A stretch of 55,186 nucleotides of DNA. Origin: a virus. Its lineage: Duplodnaviria; Caudoviricetes. Shown in pieces: positions 7,806 to 17,854 of the stretch. Position 1 is the first letter of the stretch; each line of letters opens with the position of its first letter. The notes under the pieces were generated by a model, which searched no databases, was not told where the DNA came from, and worked only from the letters and a program-made list of their open reading frames with translations. A program made the position numbers and the translations under genes. The DNA lies in IMG/VR virus record IMGVR_UViG_3300030098_001384, positions 1 to 55,186 of that record. One strand, given 5' to 3'.

Positions 7806-9017
7806 TTGACAATAGAAAAGCAGATATTATCGGCCTGTATGGCTACTGATTTCTTTAAGGAAACAGAGGAGGTTGTTTCTAAAGATATGTTTGCTAATGG
7901 AGTAGGCACAATCTTTGAAACTATTTCGTCTGCACAAAAGAAGTATGATAGTGATATAGATGTAAATACTTTGCTTGAATTACATAGGAGTAAATATCCT
8001 GCGTTGCCTGATTCGTCAAGAGAACCTATAGAAGAAGTTATAAAAGAATTAGATAAGTACAAACCTAGTAACAAAATTATATTAAAAGATCTAATCATTG
8101 ACTTTTGGAAAAAAGACAAAGCTCATAAAATTAGTGACTTATCAGCTGACATTTGGTTAGGCAACAGTGATGACTTTATAGCGTTAAGAACATTGGTAGA
8201 TTCAGCTATAGAAAACACACCTGAAGAAGAAGGAAACTTTCAGGAAGTCAAAGACGATGTACAGGATTACATTAATGGGTGGGATCAAGGTTTTGAATTT
8301 AAATTTGATTTACAATCGTTGGCTGATAAAATTGGTGGTGCGGGTAGAGGTAATCTTGGTATTATCTTTGCTAGACCAGAAACAGGTAAGACAACATTCT
8401 GTACATACTTAGTAGCGGAATATATCCGACAAGGGTTTAAAGTTGCGTACTTTGCAAACGAGGAGCCGGGCCGGCTAGTAAAAGGAAGGGTATTTTCGGC
8501 ATACCTTAAACGGTCTATAGATGAAATGAAACAAAACATAGAACACTCAATGGAGGTGTACAGAAATGAAATAGAACCAAACCTAAAACTTTTAGAAGGT
8601 AGAGGAATAACTTTACAAGAGATAGAAAAATTTGTTGACATCCATAAACCTGATGTGGTAATGGTGGATCAATTAGATAAAGTTGTCATCTCTGGTAATT
8701 TTTCCAGAACTGACGAAAAGTTAAGAGCATTGTACGAAAGCTCTAGAGCCATAGCGAAGAAACAGCAAGTGTTGTTGTGGTCGGTGTCTCAAGCTTCGTA
8801 TGATGCTCAAGGTAGACAGGAAGTAGATTTTAGTATGTTAGAAAATAGTAGGACAGGAAAAGCTGCAGAAGCTGACATTATTATAGGTATAGGAAAGAAC
8901 TACGGTGAAGAAGAAGATTACATCCGTCACCTTTGTGTATCTAAAAATAAACTTAATGGTTGGCATGGTACTGTGACATGTTCTATAGATATACATCGTG
9001 CAAGGTATGAACTATGA
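7806..9017 (+). CDS. Replicative DnaB-like helicase
   Basis: Walker A ARPETGKT, VMVDQLD Walker B, SQA and KNK motifs. Confidence 0.9.
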   Translation: MTIEKQILSACMATDFFKETEEVVSKDMFANGVGTIFETISSAQKKYDSDIDVNTLLELHRSKYPALPDSSREPIEEVIKELDKYKPSNKIILKDLIIDFWKKDKAHKISDLSADIWLGNSDDFIALRTLVDSAIENTPEEEGNFQEVKDDVQDYINGWDQGFEFKFDLQSLADKIGGAGRGNLGIIFARPETGKTTFCTYLVAEYIRQGFKVAYFANEEPGRLVKGRVFSAYLKRSIDEMKQNIEHSMEVYRNEIEPNLKLLEGRGITLQEIEKFVDIHKPDVVMVDQLDKVVISGNFSRTDEKLRALYESSRAIAKKQQVLLWSVSQASYDAQGRQEVDFSMLENSRTGKAAEADIIIGIGKNYGEEEDYIRHLCVSKNKLNGWHGTVTCSIDIHRARYEL

Positions 9018-9256
9018 TTCTTATGGCCGATGGATTTGATGATGCGATTTTAGGATTAGGAAGGAGATGTGGACATGGCGATATTCTTGTGTATGACGTT
9101 GATAAATGCATTACTATACTTATAGACAATGATGGTATGACAAGAGAAGAGGCGATAGAGTACTTTGAATTTAATGTAGCGGGAGCATGGATGGGTGAAG
9201 GAACACCTATCTTTTTGTACAGGGGGGTAGAGGATGAAGAGTTATCAATACTTTAA
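9014..9256 (+). CDS. Conserved phage hypothetical protein
   Basis: ADGFDDAILG...EEAIEYFEFNVAGAWMGEGTP, a widespread small phage family. Confidence 0.75.
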   Translation: MILMADGFDDAILGLGRRCGHGDILVYDVDKCITILIDNDGMTREEAIEYFEFNVAGAWMGEGTPIFLYRGVEDEELSIL

Positions 9257-9536
9257 AACTAATTCTAAAGGAAATCCTGTATTTAGAAAAAACACTGGTC
9301 AAACTTTATGTGAGGTAGAAATATATTTAAAAGAAAATGATATTACTTATGAGTATAGACTAGAGGCTACTGCATTAAAAATTTATAGTGAAGAAGACAA
9401 ACCTTATATATACTATTTTACTACAGGAAGGTGGAAACCTTATAATGGAAAAAAAGCCCCACATTATCGTAGTGATAATATACAGAATTTTGTTGAAAAA
9501 TATTTAAATAGGAAGTTTGATGATAACCGTTCTTGA
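9234..9536 (+). CDS. Hypothetical protein
   Basis: ORF track; YYFTTGRW motif. Confidence 0.65.
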   Translation: MKSYQYFKTNSKGNPVFRKNTGQTLCEVEIYLKENDITYEYRLEATALKIYSEEDKPYIYYFTTGRWKPYNGKKAPHYRSDNIQNFVEKYLNRKFDDNRS

Positions 9537-11574
9537 CATAGAAACAACATTTAAAAAAGATGACAGTGGTAAGACAGATGTTGATCCCTATACAGGAAAC
9601 ATGTTAGTTTCCGTTGGTTATAAGAATGATACAGAGAACTACCTATGCTTTAGCCATACAGGAAAACAGCCAACAGAAAATGGTTTTGAAGAATTACAAT
9701 CTGTTCTAGATAATACAGAATTATTAGTAGGGCATAACATAAAGTTTGATTTAAAATGGTTACTGGCGTGTAATTTTAAATATACAGGAAAACTTTGGGA
9801 TACTATGATAGCGGAGTATGTTATACATGGTGGTGACAAAGTGCCATTGTCTTTATCAGAGTGTGTAAAGAGGTATGGCCTAGATCAGAAACGTACAGAT
9901 TTAACAGAGAGGTATATGAAAGATGGAATATCTTTTGACTGTATGCCTTGGCATATTGTAGAGGAATATGGTAGGGCTGACGTAAATATAACAGAACAGC
10001 TGTACAAGAAACAACGAGAGATTATAACAGAAGAATCTGGGTTAGTGCCAACGATAACCATGATGAATGAGATGTGTCAAGTTCTTACCGAAATGGAAAA
10101 TACAGGTATGAAAGTTAGCACAGATTCTTTGACAGAAATAAGAGAACAATATCATAATGAATACAACGAGTTACATGAGTTTCTTAACGAAGAAGTTAAG
10201 AGGGTTATGGGTGACACACCAGTAAATTTGGACAGTCCAGAAGATAGATCAAAAGTTTTGTACAGCAGAGCAGTGGCAAATAAAAAACATTGGGCGTTGA
10301 CATTTAATCTTGGATATGAACAGCGTGGTAGTACAAGAAAAAAGAAAAGAATAAGAAAATATAAGCATGAGGATTTTGTTAGAAAGGTAAGAGCCAATAC
10401 TATCGTGATGCAACAAACAGAGTCACAACGGTGTGGGGATTGTCAAGGTAAAGGATATATTCATCCCTTAAAAAAAGATGGCACAATAGGTAAAGCAAAA
10501 AGAATATGTAAGACTTGTGATGGGCAAGGATTGGTATTTAAACCACTAGGCAAAGTTGGTGGATTTAAACTTGTTCCAAAGGATTCCTATGATGTAAGTA
10601 CACATGGTTTTAAAACAGATAGGCCTACATTGGAAACTCTTGCTTTGTCTGCTAATGATGAACAGAAAAAATTTATTGAGGCGTACATAAAATATAATGC
10701 CATAGGAACATATTTGCGTACTTTTGTTGACGGTATAGAAAAAGGATTAGATAACAAGAGTTTTATACATCCTCATTATATGCAATGTGTTACTGCTACA
10801 GGAAGACTATCTTCTCGTGATCCTAACTTTCAAAACATGCCACGAGGAAATACCTTTCCTGTCCGTGCTTGCGTTATATCCCGTTGGAATAGCGGTAAGA
10901 TACTTGAAGGAGACTATAGCCAATTAGAATTTAGAGTTGCTGGATTTTTAGCAAAAGATCCACAGGTGTATGCAGATGTCACTGACGGATTTGATGTACA
11001 TAAATTTTCAGCAAAAGCATTGGGTGTGTCTAGACAAGAAGCAAAGGCACATACATTTAAACCTTTATATGGAGGAATCTATGGAACAGAAAAAGAAGTC
11101 GCCTACTACGATCTTTTCAAGGCCAGATATTCAGCTATTGCTGAGTGGCACATCGCTTTACAAAATGAAGCGATTAAAGAAAGGAAAATCACCCTACCCT
11201 CAGGCAGGATTTATCACTTTCCTGATGTGCGTAGGGTTTTTCATGGCGGTGCTAGCCATGCTACTGCTATAAAGAACTACCCTGTACAAGGTTTTGCTAC
11301 TGCAGATTTGCTTCCTCTTGCCCTTATAAATTTAAGAAAAATTTTAGTTGACAAGGGTATGAAGTCTGTGATATGTAATACCGTACACGATTCAATTGTC
11401 CTTGACGTGTTTCCTGATGAGGAAAAAGAGGCGATTGAAATTTTAACGGAGTCTATGTTGAGTATTAAGAATGAAGCCCAAAAACGATACGGAATTGAAT
11501 ACGATATGCCAATCGGTATTGAACTTAAAATGGGAAAAGACTGGCTTGACATGGATGAAGTTTTAACACTATAA
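9517..11574 (+). CDS. Family A DNA polymerase with 3'-5' exonuclease and DnaJ-like zinc-finger insertion
   Basis: Exo DIET/GHNIKFD; Pol TGRLSS, DYSQLEFR, KAHTFKPLYG, VHDS; CGDCQGKG and CKTCDGQG insert. Confidence 0.95.
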   Translation: MMITVLDIETTFKKDDSGKTDVDPYTGNMLVSVGYKNDTENYLCFSHTGKQPTENGFEELQSVLDNTELLVGHNIKFDLKWLLACNFKYTGKLWDTMIAEYVIHGGDKVPLSLSECVKRYGLDQKRTDLTERYMKDGISFDCMPWHIVEEYGRADVNITEQLYKKQREIITEESGLVPTITMMNEMCQVLTEMENTGMKVSTDSLTEIREQYHNEYNELHEFLNEEVKRVMGDTPVNLDSPEDRSKVLYSRAVANKKHWALTFNLGYEQRGSTRKKKRIRKYKHEDFVRKVRANTIVMQQTESQRCGDCQGKGYIHPLKKDGTIGKAKRICKTCDGQGLVFKPLGKVGGFKLVPKDSYDVSTHGFKTDRPTLETLALSANDEQKKFIEAYIKYNAIGTYLRTFVDGIEKGLDNKSFIHPHYMQCVTATGRLSSRDPNFQNMPRGNTFPVRACVISRWNSGKILEGDYSQLEFRVAGFLAKDPQVYADVTDGFDVHKFSAKALGVSRQEAKAHTFKPLYGGIYGTEKEVAYYDLFKARYSAIAEWHIALQNEAIKERKITLPSGRIYHFPDVRRVFHGGASHATAIKNYPVQGFATADLLPLALINLRKILVDKGMKSVICNTVHDSIVLDVFPDEEKEAIEILTESMLSIKNEAQKRYGIEYDMPIGIELKMGKDWLDMDEVLTL

Positions 11575-11575
11575 C
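11546..11575 (+). promoter_or_regulatory. Putative internal promoter before SSB-like gene
   Basis: TTGACA-18 nt-TATAAC followed by SD AGGAG. Confidence 0.5.
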
Positions 11576-11590
11576 TCGTAGGAGAAAGTA

Positions 11591-12454
11591 ATGATGTCAC
11601 AAGACGTTATGAAGACTAAACCAAGTGCAGTACCTTCTTTGACAAAGATGTCAGTAGAAGAACTAGCTGCATTAACAGGGCAAGACATGCCGAATGCCTC
11701 AGAGAATGCAGGCCTTCCTCGTTTTGCCATAAATCACAGTGAGGAAGACAGTGAGGGGCGAACTATACCCCGTGGTCTATTCTCGTTAAAATTACCGGAG
11801 ACAGGCTCTCATGCTTATGCAAAAGAAGCAGAGCTCAGAATATTCTATCGGCTGTATACTTATAGTCGTTGGGATGTGGAGCAACAAGCTTTTGGCTGTC
11901 AAACTATTCAAGCACCAACATTGTCTGCTGATTTCTATGATACGGAAGGAAACTACCGTTGTGGTAGATTAACAAAAGACGAACTAGCAGGTGTTACGAA
12001 GGGTAGTGCTGAAGAACTGTTACATAAAAGTGTTAAATGTAACCAAGTACTCTATAATACAGTTAAGCTGATTGATCCTGTAGATGCAGAGGGAAATAAG
12101 GTTACCATGCCACAAGAGATTCCTTCTGTATGGTACATACGTGGTTCTAGTTTTCTGCCCGTAAGCGATCACATTAAGACGATAGCTAGACAGAAACAGA
12201 TTATGTGTACCGCATTGAATAAAGTCACAACTGCTAGAAGAAAAATGGGAGGCAATTCTTATTTTGTTCCTATACTATCTGTAATTAAAACTATAGATAT
12301 ACAGGAAGGTGATCAGGAGTTGATGACAAAATTCTTTGAAACTAAAGAGGCTATCAATAATAAGGTAATGACACAATGGCGTGAAGAAAAAGAAAAGAAT
12401 GCCAAAGGTGGAGACTTATCTGATTTTGATGAAGTCTTAGCGACTACAGGATAG
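11591..12454 (+). CDS. Putative single-stranded DNA-binding protein
   Basis: Position between polymerase and exonuclease; acidic C-terminus. Confidence 0.55.
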   Translation: MMSQDVMKTKPSAVPSLTKMSVEELAALTGQDMPNASENAGLPRFAINHSEEDSEGRTIPRGLFSLKLPETGSHAYAKEAELRIFYRLYTYSRWDVEQQAFGCQTIQAPTLSADFYDTEGNYRCGRLTKDELAGVTKGSAEELLHKSVKCNQVLYNTVKLIDPVDAEGNKVTMPQEIPSVWYIRGSSFLPVSDHIKTIARQKQIMCTALNKVTTARRKMGGNSYFVPILSVIKTIDIQEGDQELMTKFFETKEAINNKVMTQWREEKEKNAKGGDLSDFDEVLATTG

Positions 12455-12458
12455 TCTT

Positions 12459-13364
12459 TTGTTTAATCCTATACTAATGAAAGTTCAGGGATTACTAGAT
12501 CGTGCCATTAAAGAAGGCATTGATCTAGATCCTGAGCTGATAGAAGAATTTAAAACACACTGTGGGGAGGCGTTGGTTAAACAACTCTCTAGAGGCAGAG
12601 GTAAATACTCTTTGCGTATGAGTGGCTTAGGTAGACCTATGTGTCAGCAGTGGCATGACAAAAATGAATCACCAAAAGAAATACAGTATAATTCTATTAT
12701 GCGGTTTTTGTTCGGTGATATTGTAGAGGCTATTGCTATGGTTGTTTTAAAATCTTCTGGTGTTAATGTAGAGTCTGAACAGGAAAGAGTTAATCTAGAT
12801 TTAGGAGTTTGCAATCTAGAAGGAACCCTTGACGTTGTGATAGACGGTAAAGTATGGGATATAAAATCTGCATCTCCCTATGCTTTTTCCAAGAAATTTG
12901 GTGGAGAGTTTGGGGGATACAATAAAGTAAAAGAAGATGATACCTTTGGATATCTTATGCAAGGGTACCTGTATAGCAAAGCAAAGGGCATGGACTTTGG
13001 TGGTTGGATAGTGGTAGATAAAGCTTCTGGTGAGTGGGCGGTCTGTGAGGCACCCGACTACCAGAAAGATGATTCTGATGAACAGCTATCTAAAGCCAAA
13101 GTCAATGCCAAACAAATAGTTAAAGACGCACCGCTGAAAAAAGAATTTAAAGATAAAGAAGAAACTTTCCGTATACAGTATGGCCCACGAAAAGGTGATG
13201 TTGTATCTACAGGAAATAGAGTTATGCATACAGTGTGTAGTTATTGTGATTATAAGCTACAGTGTTGGCCTAATGCTCAGATGTACAAAAGAGTTGGTAC
13301 ACAAGCAACACAACGACCTCTTGTGTGGTATACAAAATTAAAGAAACGAGAGGTGGATATATGA
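12459..13364 (+). CDS. PD-(D/E)xK / Cas4-like exonuclease
   Basis: LRMSGLGRPMCQ, GTLD...WDIKSAS, QGYLY, CSYCDYKLQCW. Confidence 0.85.
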   Translation: MFNPILMKVQGLLDRAIKEGIDLDPELIEEFKTHCGEALVKQLSRGRGKYSLRMSGLGRPMCQQWHDKNESPKEIQYNSIMRFLFGDIVEAIAMVVLKSSGVNVESEQERVNLDLGVCNLEGTLDVVIDGKVWDIKSASPYAFSKKFGGEFGGYNKVKEDDTFGYLMQGYLYSKAKGMDFGGWIVVDKASGEWAVCEAPDYQKDDSDEQLSKAKVNAKQIVKDAPLKKEFKDKEETFRIQYGPRKGDVVSTGNRVMHTVCSYCDYKLQCWPNAQMYKRVGTQATQRPLVWYTKLKKREVDI

Positions 13365-13753
13365 TTTATCTCTCTACAGAAGTAACTATCGGTGATAGCT
13401 ATCTCAATGAAACAGCATACTTTGCCTATCCAGAATGCGATAAAGTTTTTGGTGGTGATAGTATTGTAAAAGAGTTACGCAATCATCCCTCTGGCATACC
13501 TATCCGCCTAACCTATACGTTTGACCTAGACGAACCGTGGGGGGATGATCGGTATGAAGAGCACATGGAGAAAATAGACAATGACTTAGATACATTATTA
13601 ACACATGCAAAAAAGAGAGATAGCCTTGTAGTACTACACTGGACAGGTATAGAGGAGCAACGAGCTATATTAAAACAATCTGCACCAAAGACTTTCAAAT
13701 ACTTTAACGAGAAGTTTGAAAAGATTCTATACAAACACACACCGAGACAATAA
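13325..13753 (+). CDS. Hypothetical protein (likely start 13361)
   Basis: ORF track; SD GAGGTG before 13361. Confidence 0.65.
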   Translation: MVYKIKETRGGYMIYLSTEVTIGDSYLNETAYFAYPECDKVFGGDSIVKELRNHPSGIPIRLTYTFDLDEPWGDDRYEEHMEKIDNDLDTLLTHAKKRDSLVVLHWTGIEEQRAILKQSAPKTFKYFNEKFEKILYKHTPRQ

Positions 13754-14118
13754 TGGTACTACGACATCATGGCTACCGATCAGACTTTGAACTGTCTATA
13801 GCTTTAGGATTAAGAAAAAGAAACATAGATTTTGAATATGAAACACATAAAATAGATTATGTTAGACACGCAACATACATACCTGACTTTTGTGTTAATG
13901 ATTTTTTTATAGAAGCAAAAGGTTTATTTAACGCTGCTGATAGAGGAAAACACTTACTTATAAAAAAACAACATCCAGAACTGGACATACGGTTTTTGTT
14001 TATGAAAGCAACAAATAAGCTGTACAAAGGATCTAAAACTACCTATGCAGGGTGGTGTGAACGGTATGGTTTTAAGTGGTGTCAAGGTTTTATTCCACAG
14101 GAGTGGTTAGATGAATAA
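13753..14118 (+). CDS. T7 gp3-like endonuclease I (Holliday junction resolvase)
   Basis: YRSDFE, YIPDF, IEAKG, HPELDIRFLF, SKTTYAGWC. Confidence 0.9.
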   Translation: MVLRHHGYRSDFELSIALGLRKRNIDFEYETHKIDYVRHATYIPDFCVNDFFIEAKGLFNAADRGKHLLIKKQHPELDIRFLFMKATNKLYKGSKTTYAGWCERYGFKWCQGFIPQEWLDE

Positions 14119-14467
14119 AGAAGATTTATTAAAGCACAGAGATAAACTACCAAAAGATATGTACGTCATTCTTCTTAAACCAGAAGGTGATGACAATATC
14201 AGTTTGGCTATTTTTGACACACATTCAAACACAAAAGTTAGCACTGTAGATTTAGCTTATACATTATCTAGAGGTGTTTTGTCGTATCTTACCAACGACA
14301 TGGAAACTATAAAGGAACGAGGACAAAGTGTTATACTCAGTGAGTTACTAGAGTTTACAAATCTTCCTGTAACTGATCTTCTTATGGATAGGCCAAAGAC
14401 AAAGAAACATAATAAGAAAGATAACATAACTTATCTTTTTGGAAAAGATGAAGATGATAAGCAGTAA
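14111..14467 (+). CDS. Hypothetical protein
   Basis: ORF track. Confidence 0.65.
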   Translation: MNKEDLLKHRDKLPKDMYVILLKPEGDDNISLAIFDTHSNTKVSTVDLAYTLSRGVLSYLTNDMETIKERGQSVILSELLEFTNLPVTDLLMDRPKTKKHNKKDNITYLFGKDEDDKQ

Positions 14468-14732
14468 TAGCATGACAAAAAAAGAATTTAAAACACACGA
14501 TGAAATGATTAGAGATTCTGTAAAAGGAAAGAAAAGACAGGTGGGAGGAAACCACTACATGAATTTTGCAATCATGCCCATAGAATATATTTCTAAAAAT
14601 AATCTTGACTTTCTTGAAGGGAATATTATAAAATATATCTCTCGTCACAAACATAAAAACGGTGCTGAGGACATAAAAAAAGTTATACATTATGCGGAAT
14701 TAATATTAGAAATACAATACGGAGAAAAATAA
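14439..14732 (+). CDS. DUF3310 / T7 gp1.7-like nucleotide kinase
   Basis: QVGGNHY...FLEGNIIKYISRHKHKNGAEDIKK. Confidence 0.8.
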   Translation: MEKMKMISSNSMTKKEFKTHDEMIRDSVKGKKRQVGGNHYMNFAIMPIEYISKNNLDFLEGNIIKYISRHKHKNGAEDIKKVIHYAELILEIQYGEK

Positions 14733-16655
14733 ATGACATCATTAATGGGAAGTAATTATTTACCTACAGAGTATCAGGCATTTATACATATGTCTCGTTA
14801 TTCCCGTTGGTTACCAGAAGAAAATAGAAGAGAAAGTTGGGATGAAACAGTGAGTAGACTTGTTACATTCTTTCGTAGCAGTGTGGAAAACGTAGATGAA
14901 AAAACTTGGGAGGATACACAAGATGCTATTCTTTCTCTACAGGTAATGCCAAGTATGAGAGCTATGATGACAGCGGGTAAGGCATTGGAAAAAGAACACA
15001 TAGCTGGCTATAACTGCTCGTATATACCGATAGATAATCCTAAAGCATTTGATGAAGTGCTGTACATACTTATGAATGGTACAGGTGTAGGATTTTCTGT
15101 AGAGAGACAGTATGCAGATAAGTTACCTACAGTACCAGACAGAGAATTTGAACACACAGAAGATGTTATATCTGTGGTAGACTCTAAGGAAGGTTGGGCA
15201 AAAGGATTTAGAGATTTAATATCTTATTTGTACACAGCAAGGATACCTAAAGTAAATGTATCTAAACTACGACCTGCAGGTGCAAGGTTAAAAACATTTG
15301 GTGGTAGAGCTAGTGGGCCACAGCCATTGGTAGACTTGTTTGACTTTACAATTACAAAGTTTAAAGAAGCAAGAGGTAGAAAGTTGTCTTCTATGGAATG
15401 CCATGATATTGTGTGTAAGACAGGAGAAGTGGTAGTAGTAGGTGGTGTAAGACGATCTGCTCTTATCTCTTTGTCTAACCTATCAGATCAACGTATACGT
15501 AAAGCAAAGATGGGCGAGTGGTGGAATGATAATCCACAGAGAGCATTGGCTAACAACTCTGTAGCCTATACAGAAAAGCCTGATGTTGGTATCTTTATGA
15601 AAGAGTGGTTGTCTTTGTATGAAAGTAAATCTGGAGAGAGGGGCATATTTAGTAGATCTTCTGCACAGGCAAAAGCTGCTGAGAATGGCAGGAGAGATGC
15701 ATCGTGGGCTTTTGGCACAAACCCTTGTAGTGAGATTATATTACGACCTAATCAATTTTGTAATCTTACAGAAGTTGTTGTACGATCTGCAGACACTATG
15801 AAATCATTAACCAAGAAGATACAGATTGCAACTTTTCTTGGTACAGTACAGGCTACATTTACAAATTTTGGTTACCTAAGAAAGAGATGGCAGAACAACA
15901 CTGAAGAAGAGAGGTTGCTTGGTGTGTCTCTTACAGGAATTATGGATAGTCCGTTGATGAATGGCAGAGAAGACGGTTTAGAAAAACGACTGGAAACTTT
16001 GCGTAGTGTTGCTGTAGAAGCTAATAAATATTGGGCAGAGAAATTTGGCATAAACCAAAGTACAGCTATAACCTGTGTAAAACCCTCTGGTACTGTTAGT
16101 CAATTAGTAGACAGTGCAAGTGGCATACATGCAAGACACAATCCATATTACATTAGAACAGTACGAGGGGATAATAAAGATCCCCTTACAGAATTTATGA
16201 TAGATGCTGGTGTACCGAATGAACCAGACTATCTAAAACCAGATCACACAACAGTGTTTTCATTTCCTATGATGGCTCCAAAAGGTTCTGTGTGCAGGCA
16301 CGACATGACTGCTATAGAACAACTGGAGATATGGAAGATATATGCAAAACATTGGTGTGAACACAAACCCTCTGTTACCATATCGGTAAAGGAAGAGGAG
16401 TGGGTACCTGTTGGTGCATGGTGTTGGGAAAACTTCCAGTATCTTAGTGGAGTTTCCTTTCTCCCGTTCTCCGATCACACCTACCAACAGGCACCCTATC
16501 AAGATATTGATGAAAAAGAATACAGAAAACTTGCAAAAAAAATGCCAGACAATATAGACTGGCAAAAGTTACAAGATTTTGAAAAGGAGGATAACACCAA
16601 AGGATCACAAGAACTTGCGTGTACTGCAGGCGTGTGTGAGCTTGTAGATATATAG
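14733..16655 (+). CDS. nrdJ: Class II (adenosylcobalamin-dependent) ribonucleotide reductase
   Basis: YNCSY, GTNPCSEI, CVKPSGTVSQL, C-terminal CTAGVC; no small subunit present. Confidence 0.9.
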   Translation: MTSLMGSNYLPTEYQAFIHMSRYSRWLPEENRRESWDETVSRLVTFFRSSVENVDEKTWEDTQDAILSLQVMPSMRAMMTAGKALEKEHIAGYNCSYIPIDNPKAFDEVLYILMNGTGVGFSVERQYADKLPTVPDREFEHTEDVISVVDSKEGWAKGFRDLISYLYTARIPKVNVSKLRPAGARLKTFGGRASGPQPLVDLFDFTITKFKEARGRKLSSMECHDIVCKTGEVVVVGGVRRSALISLSNLSDQRIRKAKMGEWWNDNPQRALANNSVAYTEKPDVGIFMKEWLSLYESKSGERGIFSRSSAQAKAAENGRRDASWAFGTNPCSEIILRPNQFCNLTEVVVRSADTMKSLTKKIQIATFLGTVQATFTNFGYLRKRWQNNTEEERLLGVSLTGIMDSPLMNGREDGLEKRLETLRSVAVEANKYWAEKFGINQSTAITCVKPSGTVSQLVDSASGIHARHNPYYIRTVRGDNKDPLTEFMIDAGVPNEPDYLKPDHTTVFSFPMMAPKGSVCRHDMTAIEQLEIWKIYAKHWCEHKPSVTISVKEEEWVPVGAWCWENFQYLSGVSFLPFSDHTYQQAPYQDIDEKEYRKLAKKMPDNIDWQKLQDFEKEDNTKGSQELACTAGVCELVDI

Positions 16656-16663
16656 GAAATGAG

Positions 16664-16882
16664 ATGGCTGAGGCAAATTTGTTTGATTTATCCGTAAAGG
16701 TAAATACAGACGGGAAAGTTGTAACGGAGTTTAATTATATAGAAAAAAACACTCTGGTAGAAGCTTTAAACGAATGGAAAGATGATTACCCAAATACGCA
16801 TATACTAGGAGCCGTGGTAGAATACCTCAAAAAGGTAGGCCATGCTGTAGAGGAAGATGTAGGAAAGTTGTGTAAGTCCTAG
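16664..16882 (+). CDS. Hypothetical protein, last gene of the plus block
   Basis: ORF track; converges with the late block. Confidence 0.6.
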   Translation: MAEANLFDLSVKVNTDGKVVTEFNYIEKNTLVEALNEWKDDYPNTHILGAVVEYLKKVGHAVEEDVGKLCKS

Positions 16883-17607
16883 TAGTTGTAAGACTTACCG
16901 TAAGTTTTCTTAACCTTTTTCTTTCTTCTCTTTTTAGTTTTTACTTTGCCTCCATATTTGTAACCTATAGTATCAACACCTAAAGAATATTCCTCTGGAG
17001 CAGGTCTTATATTTATTGGTGCAAACTCAGGATCGTTTTCATAAGCAGATGGGGGAGCATCGTCTACTCTTATAGTAGGTTCTCCTCTTTGATACGATTC
17101 TATATCTCCTCGCCTTCTAGATCCTGCTCTATATATAACATTTTCACCTCTCATAGATAGGTTATCATACCCACGTTGAGGTCTAACTTTCATAAGTCCA
17201 TCGTCTGCTGTAATGTTTATAGGTGCATCTTGGTCTGGAGTGTTGTAGTTTACCATAGTTTGTTCTCTTAACCTATTTGTAACATCCTCGCCTGTAACTC
17301 TTGGAGTCACTGTGCCCATGTTAGCTGCCATCGTATTCTGTATTCTTTGTGCTCTTTCTCCAGCTATTCTACTAACATCATTAGAACTATTTACTACAAC
17401 TTTTTTTACATTGTCTCCTATAACATCTTTTTGGTCACCATCTCTAACTACGGTAGTTTTACCATTGCGAGTTTTTACGACTTTCATGCTTTTGCGTGTG
17501 GCACTGTCTCCCATGAGGTATTTAAATAAATCCCTAACTCCACCATTACCTATTTTGTAATCAGTTACAGGAGATCTACTGCCTTTCAATCTTTCTGACT
17601 CTGCCAT
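16879..17607 (-). CDS. Hypothetical late protein with basic C-terminal YKYGG tail
   Basis: ORF track. Confidence 0.7.
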   Translation of the reverse strand: MAESERLKGSRSPVTDYKIGNGGVRDLFKYLMGDSATRKSMKVVKTRNGKTTVVRDGDQKDVIGDNVKKVVVNSSNDVSRIAGERAQRIQNTMAANMGTVTPRVTGEDVTNRLREQTMVNYNTPDQDAPINITADDGLMKVRPQRGYDNLSMRGENVIYRAGSRRRGDIESYQRGEPTIRVDDAPPSAYENDPEFAPINIRPAPEEYSLGVDTIGYKYGGKVKTKKRRKKKVKKTYGKSYNY

Positions 17608-17610
17608 GCT

Positions 17611-17853
17611 CTATGTCCTCACTTTACGAGGGCCATTGCTGTATATAACAGCCCCACCATATTTCATTTGTTTTGTGTCTGGATAGCGTTTTCCAGTCAT
17701 TGGATTAACATTAGATAATTCTATTGCATCCATCATTGGGGTTGGAGGAGCCATCGCTTTTTCTGGCTCTGGTTTTTTTATATCTGGTTTAGCAGACATA
17801 TCAGATCTACCTCCTTCAGCCATCTTTTTGTAGTATCCGTGTTTTCCGGGCAT
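17611..17853 (-). CDS. Small late protein with MAEGG and MKYGG motifs
   Basis: ORF track. Confidence 0.7.
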   Translation of the reverse strand: MPGKHGYYKKMAEGGRSDMSAKPDIKKPEPEKAMAPPTPMMDAIELSNVNPMTGKRYPDTKQMKYGGAVIYSNGPRKVRT

Positions 17854-17854
17854 G

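Noticed and set aside
12459-13364. Cas4 as evidence of CRISPR-Cas
   Set aside because: Standalone phage exonuclease in the replication module; no array or other cas genes
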